From Silicimonas sp. (GTDB lineage Bacteria > Pseudomonadota > Alphaproteobacteria > Rhodobacterales > Rhodobacteraceae): a stretch of 64,000 nucleotides of DNA. A model generated the notes under the pieces. The model was given only the letters and a program-made list of their open reading frames with translations. It was not told the origin of the DNA and did not search any database. Position 1 is the stretch's first letter, and each line of letters begins with the position of its first letter. This document shows positions 26,688 to 34,775 of this stretch, piece by piece. A program made the position numbers and the translations under genes. The stretch covers positions 8,946 to 72,945 of the forward strand of contig JAJDOD010000073.1 in assembly GCA_022340315.1 (NCBI GenBank), read 5' to 3'.

Positions 26688-27677
26688 TTACTGGTGCACG
26701 ACTGGAATGCAGTTGGTGCCGTCCGCGACGATCACCGCGCAGAAGCGGCGGGCGTCGGCCAGGTCCTCGAAGCCCATCACGCGGAGGCGGTAGAACTCGC
26801 GCCCACCGCTCTCGACTTCCTGGATCACGCGGGTCTTGCCCACGAAGTAGTCGCTGAACCGTGTCTCGACATCCGCCCATTCCGAACGCGCCACGTCGGC
26901 GCTTGCAAAGGCGCCAAGCTGCACAAGGCGCGTGCCCGCCGCGATTGCTGCCGGATCGGCCTCGCCGCTGACGAGCGTCGGCGCTTCAAGCGCAACCGTC
27001 TGAAGGCGTGCAGGCCGAAGCACCGGGCGTGGGGTCATAACCGGGACATGTGCTGCCGCCTCGATTTTGAGAACCGCCGGTTCCGGTTTCAGACCGGCAT
27101 CCGCCAGCGCGGCCGCGACGGCGATATCGGTCGCCGAGGGGGCCGGTTCCGACGCAGGCGCAAGGGCCACGGCTTCTTCAGGCATCTCAGCCGTTGGAGC
27201 GATCTCTGCCAACACGCTTTCGTCATCGAGCGAGAAGTACTCCGGCTCGCCAATATCCGAGGCTGGAGCCATTTCGACCGTTTCAATAGCCTCGGAGGTC
27301 GGCGCGGGTTCTGGCGCCACCGCAGGCAATTCCGCCATCGCCAGATCTTCCTCTTCGTTCAGTGTCGCCGGTTGGGGTGCCAGGACCACTCGTTCCGAAG
27401 GCAGAACATCGACCCGCTCTTCGGCGATGCGATTGACCGTCAGGCCCTGGTACTCACTCGCCAGCCCTCCTGGATCCTCGGGCGCGATGCGCATCGGGCC
27501 TTCAAGCGCGCGCACGACAGGTATGCCGGTCACGTCGCGTTGCCAAAGCTTCCAGCCCCAGGTTGCAAGACCCGCGATCAGAACCAGAGAAAGGATCGCA
27601 CCGCCCCAGTTCAGAGCCGCCGCAAAAGAGCCCCCTTCGCCGGACGCACGATAGTCGTCGTAATGAAATGCCGCCAT
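26688..27677 (-). CDS. SPOR domain-containing membrane-anchored protein
   Basis: N-terminal TM (GGAILSLVLIAGLATWGW), an acidic/Pro-Ala-rich linker, and a C-terminal SPOR domain (LVQLGAFASADVARSEW ... EFYRLRVMGFEDLADARRFC). Confidence 0.8.
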   Translation of the reverse strand: MAAFHYDDYRASGEGGSFAAALNWGGAILSLVLIAGLATWGWKLWQRDVTGIPVVRALEGPMRIAPEDPGGLASEYQGLTVNRIAEERVDVLPSERVVLAPQPATLNEEEDLAMAELPAVAPEPAPTSEAIETVEMAPASDIGEPEYFSLDDESVLAEIAPTAEMPEEAVALAPASEPAPSATDIAVAAALADAGLKPEPAVLKIEAAAHVPVMTPRPVLRPARLQTVALEAPTLVSGEADPAAIAAGTRLVQLGAFASADVARSEWADVETRFSDYFVGKTRVIQEVESGGREFYRLRVMGFEDLADARRFCAVIVADGTNCIPVVHQ

Positions 27678-27772
27678 TGTTCATGCCTCAATTCGCCCCC
27701 GGTTTGCCCGGGTGGTCACCACTGCTCTCGACGGCGGCGGGGCACTTTATGTCAGTTAGGCGAACCCGACTG

Positions 27773-29497
27773 CTAGCGCATTTCCTCGACCGGCGTCACA
27801 CCCAGAATACCCAATCCGTTTGAAATAACAACGGCTACGGCTCTAGGTAGGGCGATTTTCGCCGCCGTGGCGCGCGGGTCGCCTTCGTGAAGGAAACGCA
27901 GTTCCGGTTTCTCGTTGCCCTTGTTCCAGAGCGCATGGAACTCCGAGGCCAGGTCGTAGAGATAGAATGCGACCCGGTGCGGTTCATGGTTTCGCGCCGC
28001 AATCTCGACGAGGCGCGGCCATTCGGCCAACTTCTTGGCGACTGCGATTTCAGCCTCGTCCTCGAGGCTCGCATTGTCGGACCAGTCGAGATGCATCTCC
28101 TCGGCCTTTCGCATCACTGATCGGATGCGTGCATGGGCGTACTGCACGTAGAATACCGGGTTATCCTTGGACTGTTCCACCGACTTGTCGAAATCGAAGT
28201 CGAGCGGCGCGTCGTTTTTCCGCGTCAGCATCACGAAGCGCGTGACATCGGGACCGACCTGGTCGACCACGTCGCGAAGGGTGACGAAAGTCCCTGCCCG
28301 CTTGGACATCTTGAAGGGCTCGCCGTTCTTGTAGAGCTTCACCAGCTGGGTCAGCTTGATGTCGAGCGGCACGCGGCCATCGGACAGTGCGCTGACCGCG
28401 GCGTTCATCCGCTTGACGTAGCCTCCGTGGTCGGCGCCGAAAATGTCGATGAGTTCATCGAAGCCGCGTTTCACCTTGTCCCAGTGATAGGCGATGTCGG
28501 GGGCGAAATAGGTCCAGGCGCCGTCCGATTTCTTGATCGGGCGGTCCACGTCGTCGCCATGCGCGGTCGAGCGGAAGAGCGTCTGTTCGCGGGGCTCCCA
28601 GTCCTCGGGCACCTTTCCCTTCGGCGGTTCCAGCGTGCCGCGGTAGATCAGGTCCTTCTTGTCGAGCTCCTTGATGGCGTCCTCGATCAGGCCGGTGTCG
28701 TAAAGCGACTTCTCCGAGAAGAAATGGTCCATCTTCACGCCAAGAAGCGCAAGATCCTCGCGGATCAGGCCCATCATCGCTTCGGTGGCGAAGTCACGTA
28801 CTTGCGTCAGCCATTCGGCTTCAGGCTTGTCGAGCAGGTCGCGGCCGTACTTTTCCTTCAGCGCCTCTCCGATGGGGATCAGATAGTCGCCCGGATAGAG
28901 ACCCTCGGCAATCTCGGGGCTGAGACCGTTGGCTTCGCGGTACCTCTCAAAGGCCGAGCGGGCGAGCACGTCGACCTGCGCGCCGCCGTCGTTGATGTAG
29001 TACTCGCGTGTCACCTCGTATCCCGCGAAGGCGAGGAGCGACGCGAGCGCATCACCAAAGACCGCGCCGCGTGTGTGGCCGACGTGGAGCGGGCCGGTCG
29101 GATTGGCCGAGACGTATTCCACGTTGACCCGCACGCCGGCGCCCATGCCGGAATGACCATATGTACGGCCCGCGTCGATGACCTCGGCCACCACGTCGTG
29201 CCAGATGCGAGGGTCGAGACGCAGGTTCAGGAAGCCCGGACCGGCGACCTCGGCCGACGCAATCGCGGGATCGGCGGCGAGCCGTTCGGCCAACGCCTCG
29301 GCAATGACGCGGGGCGGCTTGCCCGCTGGCTTGGCGAGCACCATCGCGGCGTTGGTCGCCATGTCGCCATGCGCCGGGTCGCGCGGCGGCTCGACGGCGA
29401 CATTTCCCCACGAGAGGTCACCGGGCAAGGCGCCTTCGGCGACCATCGCGTTGAGGGTCTCGATGATCGTGGTGCGGATATCGGCGAAAATGTTCAT
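27773..29497 (-). CDS. argS: arginine--tRNA ligase
   Basis: 574 aa with HIGH-type [20 protein letters not shown]-type FKMSKRAGT, and a DALR anticodon-binding C-terminus. Confidence 0.95.
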   Translation of the reverse strand: MNIFADIRTTIIETLNAMVAEGALPGDLSWGNVAVEPPRDPAHGDMATNAAMVLAKPAGKPPRVIAEALAERLAADPAIASAEVAGPGFLNLRLDPRIWHDVVAEVIDAGRTYGHSGMGAGVRVNVEYVSANPTGPLHVGHTRGAVFGDALASLLAFAGYEVTREYYINDGGAQVDVLARSAFERYREANGLSPEIAEGLYPGDYLIPIGEALKEKYGRDLLDKPEAEWLTQVRDFATEAMMGLIREDLALLGVKMDHFFSEKSLYDTGLIEDAIKELDKKDLIYRGTLEPPKGKVPEDWEPREQTLFRSTAHGDDVDRPIKKSDGAWTYFAPDIAYHWDKVKRGFDELIDIFGADHGGYVKRMNAAVSALSDGRVPLDIKLTQLVKLYKNGEPFKMSKRAGTFVTLRDVVDQVGPDVTRFVMLTRKNDAPLDFDFDKSVEQSKDNPVFYVQYAHARIRSVMRKAEEMHLDWSDNASLEDEAEIAVAKKLAEWPRLVEIAARNHEPHRVAFYLYDLASEFHALWNKGNEKPELRFLHEGDPRATAAKIALPRAVAVVISNGLGILGVTPVEEMR

Positions 29498-29628
29498 GGG
29501 CGGGGTTTACCAGCAAGCCAACCGGGTTCAAGCGGGCCTTCGCCGGTTTTTCAACTCCATCATGATTTCGACAGGATGTTGCCACATTCGTGCTTATTCT
29601 CTGACCAAGTACACTGGAGGGATAGTAC

Positions 29629-30576
29629 ATGTCACGCACGAGTAAGGGGCGGATTACCGGCATGGTCGCCGTGGTCGCGCTCGCCGCAAGCTTCACGGCT
29701 GCGCCAAGCATCATCAACATCGGGTCTTTTGACGACGCCGCCTTTGCCAAGAATGGCAACGGAAACGGCGGCGGAGGCGGGAAAAGCAGTTCAAGCAAGG
29801 GCAAATCCGGCAACGCGAAACTGAAAGGCAAGTCTGCATCGACCAGTCGCGGCAAGTCTGGCGGAGGCGCCAGCGGCGTCGAGCGCTCGCTCCGGAAGCT
29901 TTTCGGAAAGGACAAGAAAGTGTCGCGCGGCGGCGGCAAGCCGGCTTCGAAAGCGACCGAATCGATCGAGAGCGAATTCGCCACCGATATTGATCCGGAG
30001 GCCGAAGTCGAAGAGGCAGAGACCGAACTGGTCGCACTTCGTCCCGACCAGAAGGGCAAGTGGAATGCCGTCAAGGCGAACCAGCGGGCCCTGGAAGTCC
30101 ATATCCGAAACCAGAAGTTCAACGGCACCATCGGCACGCTGGCGCAGTACCAGCTGGCCGGCAAGGCGGCATCGGGCGAAACCCTGACCCCGGACGAACA
30201 GGCCGCTTACGACTACCTAACCGGTGGGTCGATGGCCGAGTTGACCGATGAGGACTTGCTGGAGCGCCTGAATTCGGACGACGACACCGCGCCGGTCTAC
30301 GACATAGTGGATGGCGCGATTGAATGTGTCGACAACTGCGACGGCGCGTTGAGCGGAGAGGAGGCCGTTGCGGAAGCCACGAGCCAGGCGACCGCTGAAG
30401 ACCTGCTGATGGCGAGCGAACAGCGCATCATCGACGGATCGAACAAGCCGACCGAAGGCATCGAGGAGCAGTTACTCGACGAACTGGCGGATGCGCTTGG
30501 TTTCATGCGGCCCGATCCCGTGGAAGAGCTCGAGGTATCGTCCGAAGAGATAGTGCCAGAAGACGAAACGATTTAG
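29629..30576 (+). CDS. hypothetical secreted protein with a Gly/Ser/Lys low-complexity region and an acidic C-terminal half
   Basis: GGAGGG SD, then a signal-peptide-like MSRTSKGRITGMVAVVALAASFTAAPS, then NGNGNGGGGGKSSSSKGKSGNAKLKGKSASTSRGKSGGGASG. The remainder is strongly acidic. No domain recognised. Confidence 0.55.
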   Translation: MSRTSKGRITGMVAVVALAASFTAAPSIINIGSFDDAAFAKNGNGNGGGGGKSSSSKGKSGNAKLKGKSASTSRGKSGGGASGVERSLRKLFGKDKKVSRGGGKPASKATESIESEFATDIDPEAEVEEAETELVALRPDQKGKWNAVKANQRALEVHIRNQKFNGTIGTLAQYQLAGKAASGETLTPDEQAAYDYLTGGSMAELTDEDLLERLNSDDDTAPVYDIVDGAIECVDNCDGALSGEEAVAEATSQATAEDLLMASEQRIIDGSNKPTEGIEEQLLDELADALGFMRPDPVEELEVSSEEIVPEDETI

Positions 30577-30641
30577 GCCCCGGCCTTGAAGAGACCTGGA
30601 TTGCGGCGCCTTCGGGCGCCGTCTTCCGTTTTGGTAGGTCG

Positions 30642-31805
30642 CTATCTGCCGGATGCCGAGATCTCGAGCCCGCCTATGAAACGCTCGTGGCATTGGATGG
30701 CGAAACGGTCGGTCATCCCGGCGATGTAGTCGCTGACGATGCGGGCCAACGCGACTTCCGAAGCCACCTCCTCGACATCCTTGCGCCACTGTTTGGGCAG
30801 GTTCTCGGGGTGGTTCAGGAAGAACGGGAAGAGATCGCGCACGACCTGAGTCACTTGCTGGCGCATCGCGACGACCGAGGGCGCACGATACATACGCTCG
30901 AAGAGGAAGGACCTCAGAACCTTTAGATCCTCGAAGATCGGCGGTGAAAAGCGGATGATCTGTAAGCCTGCTCGTCGGATGTCGTCTGCACTTTCCGGCC
31001 CGAGTTCGGTCAACCTCGATTGCGCGTCAGCGATAACATCCTCAACCAGGACCCCAAAGAAGCGCCGGAGCGCCTCGTGGCGCCGCCGGTAGTAGTTCAG
31101 ACCCGGATACAGTTCATCGACCCGCGCGAAACAGGCGTCTAGGATCGGCAGTTCAGCCAGTTCGTCGGTCGAGAATAGCTCGGCCCGCAGTCCGTCGTGC
31201 AGATCGTGGTGGTTATATGCCACGTCATCCGAAATCGCCGCAACCTGTGCCTCGGCACTGGCAAAAGTGTCGAGTTCGAGATCCTGGAGCTTCTGGTACT
31301 CGGCCAGCGCCCAGGGCAGATCGCCGGACACCGGGCCGTTGTGCTTGGCGATACCCTCGAGCGTTTCCCATGTCAGATTCAGCCCGTCGAACTCGGCATA
31401 GTGACGTTCCAGGGCGGTGACGATCCGAAGCGCCTGCGCATTGTGGTCGAACCCGCCGTAAGGCGACATGAGCTCGGACAGCGCGTCCTCGCCGGTATGG
31501 CCGAAGGGTGTATGGCCGAGGTCATGGGCCAGCGCCACCGCCTCGGTCAACTCTGCATTGAGGCCAAGTGCGCCCGAGATGGTCCGCGCGACCTGCGCCA
31601 CCTCGATGGAATGGGTCAGACGGGTGCGGAAATAGTCGCCCTCGTGCTCGATGAAGACCTGGGTCTTGTGCTTGAGGCGGCGGAATGCGCTGGCATGAAT
31701 GATCCGGTCGCGGTCGCGCTGAAAACAGGACCGGAATGTGCTTCCATCTTCATCATAGAGCCGTCCCCGGCTTGCGCCCGGATCGGATGCGTAAGCTGCT
31801 GTCAT
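30642..31805 (-). CDS. dgt: dGTP triphosphohydrolase-like HD-domain protein
   Basis: FQRDRDRIIHASAFRRLKHKTQVF ... RTRLTHSIEVAQV ... LAHDLGHTPFGHTGE. Confidence 0.88.
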   Translation of the reverse strand: MTAAYASDPGASRGRLYDEDGSTFRSCFQRDRDRIIHASAFRRLKHKTQVFIEHEGDYFRTRLTHSIEVAQVARTISGALGLNAELTEAVALAHDLGHTPFGHTGEDALSELMSPYGGFDHNAQALRIVTALERHYAEFDGLNLTWETLEGIAKHNGPVSGDLPWALAEYQKLQDLELDTFASAEAQVAAISDDVAYNHHDLHDGLRAELFSTDELAELPILDACFARVDELYPGLNYYRRRHEALRRFFGVLVEDVIADAQSRLTELGPESADDIRRAGLQIIRFSPPIFEDLKVLRSFLFERMYRAPSVVAMRQQVTQVVRDLFPFFLNHPENLPKQWRKDVEEVASEVALARIVSDYIAGMTDRFAIQCHERFIGGLEISASGR

Positions 31806-31909
31806 GTCCCTGCCGGCTTTCTCTGCCTGTTGCCCTTCCTATAGCCGCATTCGCCGGACATGCGAAGCGACCGCTTGCGGCGGCGATGGTGGCACCCTAT
31901 TTTCAGCGC

Positions 31910-32242
31910 ATGGACTTGCAGATCCCTCCCAAGGTCACGCCGCGCGCGTTTGAACGGCTGGCCGAGATCAACGACGGCGCCGACGCTCCGAAGGCGCTGC
32001 GCGTTGCCGTCGAGGGGGGCGGTTGCTCGGGCTTTCAGTACAACATCGACCTGGATGACCCGGCCGAGGGCGATCTGGTGCTGGAAGGGGGCGGCCAGAA
32101 GGTCGTCGTGGACGAAGTTTCCCTGCCCTTTCTGGCCAATGCTGTGATCGACTTTTCGGAGGAACTGATCGGCGCGCGCTTCGTGATCGAGAACCCCAAT
32201 GCGACATCCTCCTGCGGATGCGGGACGAGTTTCTCGATCTGA
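31910..32242 (+). CDS. erpA: iron-sulfur cluster insertion protein (HesB/IscA/ErpA family)
   Basis: ALRVAVEGGGCSGFQY ... and C-terminal SSCGCGTSFSI. Alternative start is ATG 31886. Confidence 0.88.
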   Translation: MDLQIPPKVTPRAFERLAEINDGADAPKALRVAVEGGGCSGFQYNIDLDDPAEGDLVLEGGGQKVVVDEVSLPFLANAVIDFSEELIGARFVIENPNATSSCGCGTSFSI

Positions 32243-32271
32243 CTGCGCCGCCTGATACAGGAGGATACGCC

Positions 32272-32655
32272 GTGTTCAAGATTTCCAACGACCCACAGGG
32301 GTTCAAGAGGCTGAGCATTTCGGGTCGGATCGAGGCCGAAGAGATGCGCGCAGGCCTGGACGCATTCCTTGACTCGCTGGAGGACGGCAAGCGGACGCCG
32401 TTTCTTTACACGATCACCGATTTCGAGTTTCCACCGATGGCGGCGATCGCGGTGGAGTTCGGCTATTTTCCGCAGCTTCTGACCAGTCTTTCAAAGATCG
32501 GTCGCGTCGCGGTCGTGGCAGACCAGTCGTGGCTTCGCACGGCGGCCGAAGTGGAGGGCGCGCTGATCCCCGGTCTGGAGATCAGGGCGTTCGAGCCCGG
32601 GCAGGAGAAGGCGGCGGAGGCTTGGCTTCTGACCGACGACTCGGTGCCTGTCTGA
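32272..32655 (+). CDS. STAS/SpoIIAA-like (DUF3478-like) protein
   Basis: GGAGGA SD followed by GTG 32272. About 127 aa. The pattern FKRLSISGRIEAEEMRAGLDAF ... IGRVAVVADQSWLR resembles SpoIIAA-like DUF3478 proteins. From memory only. Confidence 0.5.
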   Translation: MFKISNDPQGFKRLSISGRIEAEEMRAGLDAFLDSLEDGKRTPFLYTITDFEFPPMAAIAVEFGYFPQLLTSLSKIGRVAVVADQSWLRTAAEVEGALIPGLEIRAFEPGQEKAAEAWLLTDDSVPV

Positions 32656-32703
32656 GCCGGGATTCGCTTTGACATCGTGGGCCAAAGGGCTTTCTGTCAG
32701 GGC

Positions 32704-33483
32704 ATGAAAATCGCCACCTTCAACATCAACGGGATCAAGGCGCGGTTCGAGCCGCTGACCGACTGGTTGCGTGACAGTGCGCCGGACGTGGCCGTGCTGC
32801 AGGAGATCAAGTCGGTTGATGAGAATTTCCCGCGCGAGCACTTCGAGGACCTCGGCTACGCCGTCGAGACGCATGGGCAGAAGAGCTTCAACGGTGTGGC
32901 GATCCTCTCGAAGCTGCCGCTGGAGGATGTCACGCGCGCCCTGCCCGGCGATGACGGCGATGAGCAGGCGCGCTGGATCGAGGCGACGGTAATCGGTGAT
33001 GTGGCGGTGCGGGTCTGCGGGCTTTACCTGCCCAACGGCAACCCGGCGCCGGGGCCGAAGTTCGAATACAAGCTGGCCTGGATGGAGCGGCTGAAGGCCC
33101 GGGCAGAGGCGTTGCTGCAGGCGGAGGAGCCTGCGGTCATGTGTGGCGACTACAACGTGATCCCACAGGACGAGGACGCCGCGCGGCCCGACGCCTGGCG
33201 TGACGATGCTCTGGCGATGCCCGAGAGCCGGGCGGCGTTCCGGCGCATTCTGAACCTGGGTTTCACCGAGGCGTTTCGCGCCGTCGAGCAGTCGCCGGGA
33301 CATTATTCGTTCTGGGATTACCAGCGGGGCGCATATGATCGGAACGACGGCATCCGCATTGACCATCACCTGTTGACGCCGCAGGCCGCCGACCTGCTTA
33401 CGGGCTCTTGGATTGAGGCGGAGGTCCGGGGGCGCGAGAAGCCCTCGGATCACACGCCGGTCTGGATCGAACTCGCTGCCTGA
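32704..33483 (+). CDS. xthA: exodeoxyribonuclease III
   Basis: MKIATFNINGIKAR ... DVAVLQEIK ... GVAILSK ... GDYNVIP ... RIDHHLL ... PSDHTPVW. Confidence 0.93.
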   Translation: MKIATFNINGIKARFEPLTDWLRDSAPDVAVLQEIKSVDENFPREHFEDLGYAVETHGQKSFNGVAILSKLPLEDVTRALPGDDGDEQARWIEATVIGDVAVRVCGLYLPNGNPAPGPKFEYKLAWMERLKARAEALLQAEEPAVMCGDYNVIPQDEDAARPDAWRDDALAMPESRAAFRRILNLGFTEAFRAVEQSPGHYSFWDYQRGAYDRNDGIRIDHHLLTPQAADLLTGSWIEAEVRGREKPSDHTPVWIELAA

Positions 33484-33494
33484 AGGAGGGGAGA

Positions 33495-33881
33495 ATGCCC
33501 ATCAAAACGCTGGACCACGTCAACATCGTGACCGCCAATGTCGAGGACATGACTGAATGGTACGAGAAGGTTCTCGGCCTCAAGAAAGGTCCGCGACCGA
33601 ATTTCAGCGTGGCCGGCGCCTGGCTTTACGTCGGTGAAAATCCCTACGTTCACCTGGTCAAGATCGACGCGCCCCGGCAACCATCGGGTGTTCAACTGGA
33701 ACATTTCGCGTTCGGCGCCACGGGTATGGCCGAGTTCCTGGAAACGCTGGAGACGTACGGTGTGGAGCATACGGTCGATCCCGTGCCCGGTTACCCTCTT
33801 GTCCAGATCAATTTCCGCGACCCGGAGGGGAACCATATTCACGTCGATTTCCACGACGAAGAGATGGCGGAAACAAGCTGA
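33495..33881 (+). CDS. VOC (glyoxalase/bleomycin resistance/dioxygenase) family protein
   Basis: LDHVNIVTANVEDMTEWYEKVLGL ... LEHFAF ... INFRDPEGNHIHVDF. Confidence 0.8.
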   Translation: MPIKTLDHVNIVTANVEDMTEWYEKVLGLKKGPRPNFSVAGAWLYVGENPYVHLVKIDAPRQPSGVQLEHFAFGATGMAEFLETLETYGVEHTVDPVPGYPLVQINFRDPEGNHIHVDFHDEEMAETS

Positions 33882-33883
33882 TC

Positions 33884-33914
33884 GCGGAACCGCTGCCTTG
33901 TTTCCGCCGTTTTG
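33884..33914 (+). terminator. weak terminator-like hairpin after the VOC gene
   Basis: GCGGAA-N12-TTCCGC followed by CGTTTTG. The stem is only 6 bp. Confidence 0.3.
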
Positions 33915-33947
33915 CCTCAATAGATCCAACACAAACGGAGGCAAAAC
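33909..33947 (+). promoter_or_regulatory. perfect 10-bp inverted repeat whose 3' arm covers the SD of the next gene
   Basis: GTTTTGCCTC (33909-33918), a 19-nt loop, then GAGGCAAAAC (33938-33947), followed immediately by ATG 33948. GGAGG (33937-33941) lies within or abutting the 3' arm. Confidence 0.5.
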
Positions 33948-34382
33948 ATGCTTAAGACACTGACTTTTGCGCTTGTGGCGGCCACTTTGGCCCTGCCCGG
34001 CGCGGCGATTGCCAAGGGGCCGAAGGGCTGCCCGCCGGGTCTTCAAAAGAAGTCTCCCGCCTGCGTTCCACCGGGCTTGGCGAAGAAGGGCGTGCGCTAT
34101 GGCGACGACCGGTACGATCGTGACGATGACGACGACGAGTGGCGGGACCGCGACTATTCGGAACTGCGCGTTGGCGACCGGGTGATCCTTGATGGCCGCG
34201 AATATATCGTGGTGAGAACCGACGACCGCATCGTGCTGCGTCGCGGTGACGATCTTTACCGTCTGCCCTGGCCGGATGCCGGGAACGATTATGTCCGGAT
34301 CGGCGATGCCATCGTCCGGGTCAACCGCGAGACCCGGCAAGTGATCCAGTGGATCAGGCTGACTGACCTGATCTTCGGCTAA
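33948..34382 (+). CDS. hypothetical secreted protein (signal peptide, CPPGL repeats, Asp/Arg-rich segment)
   Basis: MLKTLTFALVAATLALPGAAIA|KGPKGCPPGLQKKSPACVPPGLAKKG, then DDRYDRDDDDDEWRDRDY, then a C-terminal beta-rich region. Good host-like codon usage. Confidence 0.6.
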   Translation: MLKTLTFALVAATLALPGAAIAKGPKGCPPGLQKKSPACVPPGLAKKGVRYGDDRYDRDDDDDEWRDRDYSELRVGDRVILDGREYIVVRTDDRIVLRRGDDLYRLPWPDAGNDYVRIGDAIVRVNRETRQVIQWIRLTDLIFG

Positions 34383-34383
34383 G

Positions 34384-34707
34384 GTGGGCGGCACGGCGAA
34401 GCCGCGCGTCAGAAGAGTTGCCGAGCAGATTTTCGACCCGGACGATGTGGCGGACGCCCTGGCGTTACTTGAGAGAGATTGCTGCCCTGGCGAAGTTGCC
34501 GCTCTGACCGAGCGCGGTACCGAGAGGGTTCGCCTCGCGGCACTCAAGCTTTCCGGGGGCAACTTGCAAAGGCTGGTCAAGGCCATCTGCCTGGCTCAAA
34601 TGGATTGGCGCGATGCACTACTGGGCGCTGGATTTGGCCACGACACGGGCGCTCATGTGGCCTGGGCCGAGGCATGCATTGGCTCAGGCTCCTCATCCGA
34701 CGAATGA
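34384..34707 (+). CDS. hypothetical protein
   Basis: GTG start 1 nt after the preceding TAA. 107 aa with moderately host-like GC3 and no domain recognised. Start uncertain. Confidence 0.35.
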   Translation: MGGTAKPRVRRVAEQIFDPDDVADALALLERDCCPGEVAALTERGTERVRLAALKLSGGNLQRLVKAICLAQMDWRDALLGAGFGHDTGAHVAWAEACIGSGSSSDE

Positions 34708-34775
34708 TCCGATGACCCCGACGGACCAGAGTACGCCCTAATTGGCCGCGACTTGTGAAAGCGAAACGGGCCAGA

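Noticed and set aside
28133-29824. 563-aa plus-strand ORF antisense to argS
   Set aside because: Shadow ORF opposite a high-confidence aminoacyl-tRNA synthetase. It has no motifs, and its 3' end runs through the argS promoter region into the next gene in the wrong frame.
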